From a virus, in the IMG/VR virus record IMGVR_UViG_3300047564_003843, positions 96,705-160,704 of that record: a DNA stretch of 64,000 nt, one strand, 5' to 3'. Position 1 is the first letter of the stretch; every line of letters starts with the position of its first letter. This document shows positions 18,753 through 27,467 of this stretch, in pieces. The translations under genes and the position numbers were made by a program. A model generated the notes under the pieces. The model ran no database searches and was not told the DNA's origin. It saw only the letters and a list, made by a program, of their open reading frames with translations.

Positions 18753-20548
18753 AGTAGTCCTGCCTTATCGTCTTTGAGTAGTTTTAACAATTGTGCTTGG
18801 TCTTGAACAATATCTTCGAAGTTTTGTGCCTTTTTGTCAAGGACACTAATAACTCTCTCTTCAATTGTTCCTTCAGTTACATAATCAGTAATGATGACGG
18901 AGTCATGAATCTCTGACCCAATGCGATGCACACGGTCCAACGCTTGCTTGTGGTCGACAAGTGACCAAGGGCGTTGAAGCATAATCAACCGACGAGCAGC
19001 AGTAAGAGTTACACCTACGCCACCAGCTTGTGCTGTAAATAAAATCCACTTGATTTTACCTGATTGAAAATCATCAATTGCTTTTTGTCTCTCGTCTTCA
19101 GTTTGGGCGCCAGTGATTAAACCGTGAGGGATATTCTTTTTAGTCATCTCAGCGCTAACTAAATCGATAAGTTGTCTAGATACAGCACACACAGCTACAG
19201 AGTCGTCACCAAAATCATTATTATTAATATCGTCCATTAACGCATCAACTTTGCAAGAAGGTTCAGTTAAATAGACACGAACTTCACCTGTTTGCTCATC
19301 TGTCTCTAACACAGCAGAGGAACTTGCAAACTGAAGTAGTCTCAGTGTTTGAGTCAGAATACTTGGTGCAGTAAGAGCATCGCCATTTTCAAGTTCAGCA
19401 ATCATGGTGTCACGCATCTGCTCGTAGGCTTTCTTTTGCTTAGGTGACATTTCAATATCGCGACGCTCGTTAATTACTTCTGGGAGCCAAGGCAGCACCA
19501 CAGACTTAAGCATTCTTCGCATAACTGGTTGCACTGCTTTATCAAACTCTGTTTGCATATGCGGTTTCACACCAAGAACTAACATGCCACCAAAAGCATT
19601 GAGCATCGTATCAACCATGCGTTCAATCCAACGAGTCTTTGAAGGCCAATCTTTTGGAGATAGCCAATGCAAGATTGCCCAAAGATCTACAACGTCTTTT
19701 GCAATTGGAGTTCCTGTTAAAGCAAATCGAATGTTGGCATCTCCTGTAGCAGCCCACAAAGCGCGAGTTTGTTTGCTCTTAGGTTCTTTAGAACGGTGAA
19801 TCTCATCTGCAACTACAGCCTTAAAATCAATCTCATTTAGTTCCCGTGTATGCACCTCACAACGGTTAGCACTAACAGACTCATCGTGTCCACCGCAATC
19901 AGAACATCTTGTAAGAGCAACAGAGCCATATGGAGCCAATCTGGAGTGTCCCCTTAAGGCTTCCCAATTGATGACATAAACATCGGCTTGTGCTTCAAAT
20001 TGTTTTTTTCTTTGGACAGCACTGCCCTTAACCACCTGAGTAGTGACTTCAGGCCACCATTTTTCAAACTCTCTAGCCCAGTTCTTTTTTAGGGTGTTAG
20101 GGCAGACAATTAGAGCTGGGAATACTGGTTCACCCTGCTCTTGGATTTTCTTCAGGGCACGGATAGCTTGAGCTGTCTTACCTAAGCCTGGTTCATCAGC
20201 TAAAAGAGCACGTTTAGCCGTGCTAAGGAACTGTACGCCAGCCCTTTGATGCGGGAACAAGTCTTCATCCCCATCAGCCTCTAAAACCTCTCTAAGAGCC
20301 ATTGCAGGGCCTATACGGGTAGTTAATTCATTAGCTGCCCAATCGTTGAGGGCAGGGCCTATTTGTAGGTCATTGAGGAATGTAGAGCGTAGTGCAAGGC
20401 AACTAGACCAGCTTAGGGGGATTCTCCACAGTTGGTCTTGAGCCGACCATTTAGAGCCGGGAATAGACTTACATAGGTCTTTAAACCGCCATTCGGCTTT
20501 TATGACTATATGACTCTTGGACTCGTCAAGTTCCACTAATACTGGCAT
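18749..20548 (-). CDS. SNF2-family helicase
   Basis: DEPGLGKT, DEIH, LTGTP, AGGVGVTLT, QALDRVHRIG; small Zn-binding insert CSDC...CEVH. Confidence 0.9.
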   Translation of the reverse strand: MPVLVELDESKSHIVIKAEWRFKDLCKSIPGSKWSAQDQLWRIPLSWSSCLALRSTFLNDLQIGPALNDWAANELTTRIGPAMALREVLEADGDEDLFPHQRAGVQFLSTAKRALLADEPGLGKTAQAIRALKKIQEQGEPVFPALIVCPNTLKKNWAREFEKWWPEVTTQVVKGSAVQRKKQFEAQADVYVINWEALRGHSRLAPYGSVALTRCSDCGGHDESVSANRCEVHTRELNEIDFKAVVADEIHRSKEPKSKQTRALWAATGDANIRFALTGTPIAKDVVDLWAILHWLSPKDWPSKTRWIERMVDTMLNAFGGMLVLGVKPHMQTEFDKAVQPVMRRMLKSVVLPWLPEVINERRDIEMSPKQKKAYEQMRDTMIAELENGDALTAPSILTQTLRLLQFASSSAVLETDEQTGEVRVYLTEPSCKVDALMDDINNNDFGDDSVAVCAVSRQLIDLVSAEMTKKNIPHGLITGAQTEDERQKAIDDFQSGKIKWILFTAQAGGVGVTLTAARRLIMLQRPWSLVDHKQALDRVHRIGSEIHDSVIITDYVTEGTIEERVISVLDKKAQNFEDIVQDQAQLLKLLKDDKAGLL

Positions 20549-20616
20549 TTGCTACCTTCTGTCGTTATGTCTAAATACTATCACGAAAAATTAAAAAACT
20601 TTTTATTTCTTGATAG

Positions 20617-21102
20617 TTATTTTTCTTTGTCTAAGAGTACACGAGGTACCCATTTTTGCTTAGTTAAGGCAAGTAGGGCGTGTCGTATTGCATCATTAGC
20701 ATGACCTTCTCCGCCCACATGCCAAGTCCCGATTTTCTTTAGTGCTTGGTTCGGGAACATGTTTTTAGCATCTACTGGATTTTGCATCCATATATTTTCA
20801 GGGTCGTACCCAGACTCTCTACATAGATGTTTTAAAACACCTATTTGCTCTAAAGAGTATGGAGCCTGACTATTTCTGACTGTTGCGGCATTTATAATAA
20901 AACGTTCACAGACCACTTTTACAGAAGGTGCGACCGCCGCCTGAGCCAATACCGCTCTTACATCGGCAGCAAAATCTTCAGGCTGAGACTCCATTGAGTA
21001 GACCTTTACTGGCAAATCTTCTGACCCACCAGACCAAGTAATTAAAGCAATCCCGCTGGCTTTACCTGGGTCGATAGACACTACTGCAAAATTACTATTC
21101 AT
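20617..21102 (-). CDS. RuvC-like Holliday junction resolvase
   Basis: SIDPGKASG, VVCERF, HANDAIRH. Start moved to the ATG at 21102, which overlaps the PolA stop. Confidence 0.75.
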   Translation of the reverse strand: MNSNFAVVSIDPGKASGIALITWSGGSEDLPVKVYSMESQPEDFAADVRAVLAQAAVAPSVKVVCERFIINAATVRNSQAPYSLEQIGVLKHLCRESGYDPENIWMQNPVDAKNMFPNQALKKIGTWHVGGEGHANDAIRHALLALTKQKWVPRVLLDKEK

Positions 21103-22921
21103 ACTTTTGACCCCAATTCTGTAATGGTCCATCAACATCTGCTGTAAGTGGTACTGACCAACCTTCTCGAGTAGTCATGCATTCTTTTACTAGTTGTTTA
21201 ATTTCCTCGGCTTCGCCCTTAGGAGCTTGAAGAACAATTTCATCGTGTACAGGAACAATCAAATAGTCAGTCAAATCTGCTTGGTCTAACTTTAAAAGAT
21301 TTGATTTAAATACTTCAGCTGCTCCACCTTGAATTAGATAGTTTACAAGTGTGTATGTACGGTCATCGTCACAGGGGATACGACGACCAGTCCACGTGTG
21401 AACATAGCCCTGACCTTCTTCACGGAAACGACGTTGTCCTATGTTGTCTATTTGTTTTTGAAAAGACGCCATACCTGGATAATTAATGTCAAAAGAATCT
21501 GAAACAGCACGCATCTGCGGCTCTGGGACGCCAGCAGTTAGTGCTTGTTTAGAAACTCCTGCGCCGTAGAGACGACCATAAACAACACCCTTAATAAGAT
21601 TACGACGCTTGTCCGACTTTTGCATAGTTGGGTCTTGATAAACCTGACGACCAATTTCGGTGAACGGGTCTGAGCCAGTTGCATCTGCCATGTTAAACAG
21701 GTTGATGAGATTCTCATCCCCTGAGAGCGATGCAAACATACGGAACTCAACCTGATCTAGGTCGGAAGTGATGATTACATGGTCTGGGTCTTTAGGTATA
21801 AATGCTCGACGGACAGTCGCATCTCCCTTTGGAAGAGTTTGTAGAGCTGGGTCAGTAATAGACATACGAGATGTTCTAGCCGCTACAGTTTTAATTGAGG
21901 GATGTAGAACTCCATCTATATTCATATTGATAAAGTTTAAAAAGTAAGTGCTAGCAAGTTTTTCAGCTTTTCTAACTTGAAGAACTATCTCTGCTAACTC
22001 TTTTACCTCTTCGTTACCTTCAATTACTAGTTTATCTAGCTGATCTTTTGCAGCAGACTTTTGACCAGAAGCAGTGAACTCTGTTATCTCTGCTCCCAAA
22101 TCTTCAAGCATTCTTACTAGTTGCTGATTGCTAGTTATAGAACCACCAAATTTGTTAAACGCCCAAAGTTTTGTTTTTTCTGTGTAATCAAGAAGTTCGT
22201 CATATTTCTTTTTAGAATAGTCAACATCAACAGTTGCTCCATTGATTTCCATTCTGGTGACTACCTTGCGAGCACCCATCTCCAATTCATATGCGCGACT
22301 ATATGGACCGTTTGGCCCACACTTCTCCCAAAACATTTCCCAAAGACGCATTGTTAGAACAGTATCGAGTGCTCCATAAGACCAGAATGGTTCAAATGAA
22401 ATAGGAACTGTTCCCCAAGTCCACCCATTTGCAGCAAGCTCTTCATCAAGTTTGCTTTGTAGATGTGCAGCGTAAGGGTCGATGTGCTGAGCGGAAAGTT
22501 CTTTCAATGCTCCTGACCCAAGTGGATCAACAATGTGAGCCATAATCATCGTGTCATGTGCACGGTCCCAAGGAATACGCCACTTAGATTTAATCTCAAA
22601 CCAACGAGCTTCAAACGCAATGTTGTGACAGACAATTGGACCGTCAAAACGATTCATTGCTTCGTAGAAGACGCCGTTCCACTCTTCCCACGGTATAGAC
22701 CAACCAGTCATACCGTCGCCCACTTGGACTAATCGAAGTTGACCATGCCAAGGAGATAATGCATCTTTGCGTTGCCCACCTGGAAGTTCTCCAGTTTCAG
22801 TATCAATTGCTATGGCATTGTAAGGACGTCGTTCACCAAGCCAATGTAGGAACTCTTGCGCTTTTTCTACAGAGTCAACTAGTTTTAATTGAACTCCTGT
22901 TAAATCTCGTCTCTCAGTCAC
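21095..22921 (-). CDS. polA: DNA polymerase family A (3'-5' exonuclease + polymerase)
   Basis: IDTETG, HNIAFE, DLDQVEFR (motif A), RNLIKGVVYGRLYG (motif B), PVHDEI (motif C). Confidence 0.95.
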   Translation of the reverse strand: MTERRDLTGVQLKLVDSVEKAQEFLHWLGERRPYNAIAIDTETGELPGGQRKDALSPWHGQLRLVQVGDGMTGWSIPWEEWNGVFYEAMNRFDGPIVCHNIAFEARWFEIKSKWRIPWDRAHDTMIMAHIVDPLGSGALKELSAQHIDPYAAHLQSKLDEELAANGWTWGTVPISFEPFWSYGALDTVLTMRLWEMFWEKCGPNGPYSRAYELEMGARKVVTRMEINGATVDVDYSKKKYDELLDYTEKTKLWAFNKFGGSITSNQQLVRMLEDLGAEITEFTASGQKSAAKDQLDKLVIEGNEEVKELAEIVLQVRKAEKLASTYFLNFINMNIDGVLHPSIKTVAARTSRMSITDPALQTLPKGDATVRRAFIPKDPDHVIITSDLDQVEFRMFASLSGDENLINLFNMADATGSDPFTEIGRQVYQDPTMQKSDKRRNLIKGVVYGRLYGAGVSKQALTAGVPEPQMRAVSDSFDINYPGMASFQKQIDNIGQRRFREEGQGYVHTWTGRRIPCDDDRTYTLVNYLIQGGAAEVFKSNLLKLDQADLTDYLIVPVHDEIVLQAPKGEAEEIKQLVKECMTTREGWSVPLTADVDGPLQNWGQKYE

Positions 22922-22935
22922 TTACAATCTCTCTT

Positions 22936-23406
22936 CTAGGGAATCATCTCTATTCTGTAGATTGATTCTATCTTTTCATCATACTTGGCTGCTTGTTCAA
23001 GTAGTCTTTGGGCTACATGAGTTAGATATCTTGCCCCACCAGCATCATATTTGTAAAGGGCATCTAAAACAGGTTCAGGCTCTTCCGAAACCTGAGCCCA
23101 TGTTCTATCTTTTTCAGGGAAAATTACAGGAAGGTTTTTGCTTGGATAACACTCTTCACAAGGTAAAGAGTCTACTTTTAACTCGTCAGAGCCAGCTTCA
23201 ACAAGTCCATAGCGCTTCACTAGTGGACAAGCTGCTCCATGAAAAACTAATGAAACACCGACTCGAGAAAGAATATATGAACCATTATCTGTTTTGTAAA
23301 GCTTAAACTCAATCCATCGGGTTGACCCGCGGCGCCAAGAAGATGATTCACCTAAAAGGCGTCCGCTAAATTGGAGGGTACGAGAACCGTCCTTAACTTC
23401 ATACAT
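22936..23406 (-). CDS. Hypothetical protein
   Basis: 156-aa ORF coupled (TAATG) to the upstream gene. Confidence 0.7.
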   Translation of the reverse strand: MYEVKDGSRTLQFSGRLLGESSSWRRGSTRWIEFKLYKTDNGSYILSRVGVSLVFHGAACPLVKRYGLVEAGSDELKVDSLPCEECYPSKNLPVIFPEKDRTWAQVSEEPEPVLDALYKYDAGGARYLTHVAQRLLEQAAKYDEKIESIYRIEMIP

Positions 23407-23879
23407 TAGGGTTGTGTCTCCTCTGGTGTAGTCTCGTTCGGGATTGCTTCTCCTGTTTCTGGGTCATGAGTGTGGTCTTGAGTCTCATGTGTTTCAGCTT
23501 CTGCTGCTAACTCTGCTTCTAATTTAGCATTAATAGCTGCCATATATCTCTCTTCATAATCCTTGTTATATATGTATTGCCACCACACTTCAATTTCATT
23601 TTGAGCCCAAACAACCTCTGCCCAACCTTTTACAGGCCATGGCTCTTGATGTTGAAAATCGTCCATAGCAATGATGGTCATTAAATCTAGTTTTTCATCT
23701 ACGTATTTAAGTACGTTTTGCATATGTTCATATATTAACTCTGCAGTAATCTCTTTTACATCTTCTTCGTTTCCAAGATTTATCAGAGTATGAGAGTCTT
23801 CTCCGTTAGAAGCAGTAAATTTTTTGCAAATGTATGGACGTTTTTCGGCTCCATAAAAATTAGCAATATATTCTATCAT
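23406..23879 (-). CDS. Hypothetical protein (acidic C-terminus)
   Basis: 157-aa ORF with ATGA overlap to the tail-fibre gene. Confidence 0.7.
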   Translation of the reverse strand: MIEYIANFYGAEKRPYICKKFTASNGEDSHTLINLGNEEDVKEITAELIYEHMQNVLKYVDEKLDLMTIIAMDDFQHQEPWPVKGWAEVVWAQNEIEVWWQYIYNKDYEERYMAAINAKLEAELAAEAETHETQDHTHDPETGEAIPNETTPEETQP

Positions 23880-25447
23880 TTTGCATCCTTTAGTCGTTGT
23901 ACTTCTTCTTTTAGGAAGTCTATCTCATCTTGTTGAGATTTAAGGAGTTCTACAACTAGTGTCGAAAGAAGTCCGTAATTTAAACCAATCGGCTCTTGAT
24001 TTTCATTATAAACAACTATTTCTTCAATACCTAAATCTTGAACTTCTTCAGCAATGTAGCCATGCATCCACTCTCTATTTAGATCATCTTGAAATTGTCT
24101 AGCTGGAGCAGCTTCTCTGTATTTGTATTTTTTAAGTTTTAGTTCGAGAATTTTTTTTGGATCAATCTCGTAATCTGATATATCTTTTTTAAATTTTCTG
24201 CTAGATGTGACAACAGAACCAACTGTTCCTTGAACAGTAAGCCCGTGTTGGTGGCTACCATCTCGGCCTAAGTGGGAGTGGCCTGAGAGAGCACCAGGAT
24301 TTGTTATCAGACTTTGACCAAAAAATTGGTGCGTGTGAGCAGGTACCGAACCGCCTGAATGCGAATGGTTTCCAAGAGCTACTTGATTAGAACCAGTACC
24401 AGTTGGAATACGGCTAATGCTTAAAGTTCCAGAGTCAATCTTACTTGCTGAAATTCCTGGAATTCGAGCATCAGCAAAAACACCAGAGTTAATTTTTGCT
24501 GCTTCTAAGCTAGGAATTAATGTAGTAGCAAATGTTCCACTTGTTATTTTTGCTGCAGTTAAGCTAGGAATTCGAGCATCAGCAAATGTTCCACTTGTTA
24601 TTTTTCCTGCATCTAAGCTAGGAATTCTTGCAGTATCAAATGTCCCACTTGTTATTCTTGATGCAGTAAGACCAGCAGTGGCTATATGACGATTTTCAAC
24701 AGCTCCACTAAGTATTGCATCTCCATCAACAGCGTTAGTTCCAAGCTCTGCCTGTCCAACAGCATTTAGTGCAATTTCATCTGCATCTACACCGTTTGTA
24801 GCAATTTCGGAAGTACCAACCGCATTTAATCTAATTTCTGCAGAGTCTACGGAGTCATTACCCATTTCTGAAAGGTTGACGGCATCAACATCAATTTCAT
24901 CTGCCTTAACAGCACCAATTGCAATCTCGTCGGAGCCCACGGCGTTAGTTCTAATTTCTGCGGCATCTACGGAGTTGTCTCCCATTTCTGAAAGACCAAC
25001 AGCATCAATATCGATTTCATCTGCTTTAACAGCACCTAATGCAATTTCCTCAGAACCCACTGCGTTAAGACGAATCTCTGCAGCATCAACAGAGTTATCG
25101 TCCATTTCTGTTAAACCAATAGCATTGACATTAACATTCTCATTGTAGACAGCGTCAATACCAAGTTCGCTAGTTCCAACAGCGTTCTCTCGAATCTCTG
25201 AAGAATCAACAGAGTTCTCACCCATCTCTCGAATGCCGATAGCTCCTTCTTCAACATTGAGAGCTGTTACAGCAGAAAGTGCAAGTTGGTCTGCAGCAAC
25301 CGAGCGAGGCTGTAAGTTATTCCCTTTAACAGAGTAATTACCTAATCTAGAAGGAGAAGGTCTTCCTTCTAAATACTTAAGTCTTTTTTGGACATCAGAT
25401 AACGAGCCAGTAAGACTTCTGCTACGCGTTCTTCTTCTAGAAGCCAT
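23876..25447 (-). CDS. Tail fibre/spike with C-terminal intramolecular chaperone (peptidase S74-like)
   Basis: 10-residue AVxxxEI repeats; 15-aa ITSGTFADARIPSL repeats; HSH/HTH motifs; TSSRKFKKDI...GYIAEEV...LNYG; terminal coiled coil. Confidence 0.85.
   Translation of the reverse strand: MASRRRTRSRSLTGSLSDVQKRLKYLEGRPSPSRLGNYSVKGNNLQPRSVAADQLALSAVTALNVEEGAIGIREMGENSVDSSEIRENAVGTSELGIDAVYNENVNVNAIGLTEMDDNSVDAAEIRLNAVGSEEIALGAVKADEIDIDAVGLSEMGDNSVDAAEIRTNAVGSDEIAIGAVKADEIDVDAVNLSEMGNDSVDSAEIRLNAVGTSEIATNGVDADEIALNAVGQAELGTNAVDGDAILSGAVENRHIATAGLTASRITSGTFDTARIPSLDAGKITSGTFADARIPSLTAAKITSGTFATTLIPSLEAAKINSGVFADARIPGISASKIDSGTLSISRIPTGTGSNQVALGNHSHSGGSVPAHTHQFFGQSLITNPGALSGHSHLGRDGSHQHGLTVQGTVGSVVTSSRKFKKDISDYEIDPKKILELKLKKYKYREAAPARQFQDDLNREWMHGYIAEEVQDLGIEEIVVYNENQEPIGLNYGLLSTLVVELLKSQQDEIDFLKEEVQRLKDAK
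24410..24680 (-). repeat. 45-nt tandem coding repeats (15-aa unit KITSGTFADARIPSL)
   Basis: Five or six copies; near-identical DNA such as GCTAGGAATT...AAATGTTCCACTTGTTATT. Confidence 0.8.
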
Positions 25448-27452
25448 TTTCTTCCTTAAACTCTCTCTTCTTGTCTACTTTCCAATCAGGTATCAACACT
25501 AAATCTACCGTTTCTGGGAAGGTAGGACTGTCAGGAACGGAGACTTTAAAAGACTCTATTTTTCTCACAAGAACGTCATCTCGCGGCTCTTGGTCATCAC
25601 CCATGCGTTGACGTATAAATTCGTCATCAATAATGATTGTGCAGTAATCGCCTGGAACATATGAACCAATTACTGGTGAAAGAGAGCCGTTAACTTGAAT
25701 GTTGTATGTACCGATAGGGGGTAGAGCTTCATACAAATATTCTTGAGCGTAGTTCCATAAAGCGTCTTCGTTCTCAATCTCATCTATTTGCTCTACTTGG
25801 TCAAGAAGTGGCCAACTTCGACCGCTCTCAGCGGAAAGATATGAACGATTTGCTGCACCAGCATATGGTTGACTGGCGTCATCAGTCATATCTTCAATAC
25901 GACCTACAACAAAGAATCGAGTTGCAGCTTCTTCAGCCGATTCATCAACTGTAAAAGTAAGAATGTTGCCAGGATACTCAAAGACTCTTTGGTCTGCTCC
26001 AAGCTCCTCGGGCTCATAGTACGACCCATTTGCAGGTAGAAAATCTGGTTGACTTGGGAAGGTAACAAACGTTCTTGTAAAACTCGCTGTGTCGTAGTCA
26101 TAATCACATTCAATACGATAATCAAATGGACCATTTACAGAGTTTGAATAGTCTTCAAGAATTTCTCCAACAGTTTTGTTTTGATAGCCTCTAAAAATTC
26201 TTGTGTCTCTATAAACTCCACTTTTATTGGTATCAGAAAGAGAAATACCAATATCTGAGTTTGATAGATAGCTTCCAAAGTCTCCGTATGTAACTTTACT
26301 TCCCATGGTAACGGTTCCACCAGATACAGGTCTAGAATCGTTAAGTATTCCACCAGTTACATATTGAATTATATTTGCAGACGGAACGTTACTAATAACG
26401 TGTCTTCCATTATATGTAGAGTCTAGAGTTCCAGAGAAAAAGCTGTCTACACCAGTAACAACAAAAGAAGAGCCAACAGACAACCCGTGGGGCCTGTCCA
26501 GTGTAAGTTCAGCAACACCATTTTGTGTTTTTCTAAAAGTTACGTTAAATGTTTGCAGACCGTTTACTACAGCCGATGGCACATCTGGACCATTTAAATC
26601 AAATCTAAAAGTTGTTCTAGAAGGAACTTCGGTAACAAAATGAGTTCCGTCTAAGCCAGATCCCACCTCATACAAAGTAATTTCTTGACCAATAATTATG
26701 TCGTGCTCGGTGGCTGTAGTTATAGTTACTACGTTTGCAGAGCGTTCTTTTTTAATAACAGGTACGTCATAGTCTTTTGATGGTCTAATTGCTTCATTAG
26801 CAAAATTAACCCCACCTAAATCTGTGTTAATTCTATATACCAAATCGCGAGCAACATCATATGTATCTGCAAGTAGTCTGCACGCCCCCGAGGTGCTGCT
26901 TCCAGAGGTGTTCGCCGAGTTTGTCGAGTAGGTAAATTGATTTGCGGCTGGAATAGAGATTATTTGATAGTCACCGTCCACCGCTGGGTTTACTGTAGTA
27001 ATTTTTACAAACTGACCTTCAATAAATCCATGAGCCGCATCTGTTGTGATTGTTGCAGTTCCATTAGAAATTGAATACGCAGAAACTCCAACATATTCAG
27101 AACCATAAATAATAGTTTGCCAAATATTTCTATGATAAAGATAACTTACAAACTCTGATGCATCTACAGAAAGCTCTTTTGTGGCTACGCTGTATTGACG
27201 CGCCCAAATTATCCCTCCCCAAACGCAAGTGCCATTTCGAATTATGTACAAACCAGTTCTTCCTGGCATTGTAGACTCATAAAGATTTAAAGCTTTTGTA
27301 GTCTCGATGAAAGGTATAGTTCCAGAAAAGCCACCAGCTTTTTTATTAGCTCTTTCATAAGAAACGCTTTTAAAAGGCACCTCTGATATAACAGTGTTGC
27401 TTAGCAAATCTGTTAGGTAATATCGATATTCAACATTAGTCTGTAGTGTCAT
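25437..27452 (-). CDS. Minor tail protein (baseplate hub / Tal-like) with inserted HG[FL] modules
   Basis: Position after Dit; YIIRNGTCVWGGIIW and FEYPGNI typical of actinophage minor tail proteins; three inserted modules. Confidence 0.75.
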   Translation of the reverse strand: MTLQTNVEYRYYLTDLLSNTVISEVPFKSVSYERANKKAGGFSGTIPFIETTKALNLYESTMPGRTGLYIIRNGTCVWGGIIWARQYSVATKELSVDASEFVSYLYHRNIWQTIIYGSEYVGVSAYSISNGTATITTDAAHGFIEGQFVKITTVNPAVDGDYQIISIPAANQFTYSTNSANTSGSSTSGACRLLADTYDVARDLVYRINTDLGGVNFANEAIRPSKDYDVPVIKKERSANVVTITTATEHDIIIGQEITLYEVGSGLDGTHFVTEVPSRTTFRFDLNGPDVPSAVVNGLQTFNVTFRKTQNGVAELTLDRPHGLSVGSSFVVTGVDSFFSGTLDSTYNGRHVISNVPSANIIQYVTGGILNDSRPVSGGTVTMGSKVTYGDFGSYLSNSDIGISLSDTNKSGVYRDTRIFRGYQNKTVGEILEDYSNSVNGPFDYRIECDYDYDTASFTRTFVTFPSQPDFLPANGSYYEPEELGADQRVFEYPGNILTFTVDESAEEAATRFFVVGRIEDMTDDASQPYAGAANRSYLSAESGRSWPLLDQVEQIDEIENEDALWNYAQEYLYEALPPIGTYNIQVNGSLSPVIGSYVPGDYCTIIIDDEFIRQRMGDDQEPRDDVLVRKIESFKVSVPDSPTFPETVDLVLIPDWKVDKKREFKEENGF

Positions 27453-27467
27453 TTTTATTTTGTCCTT

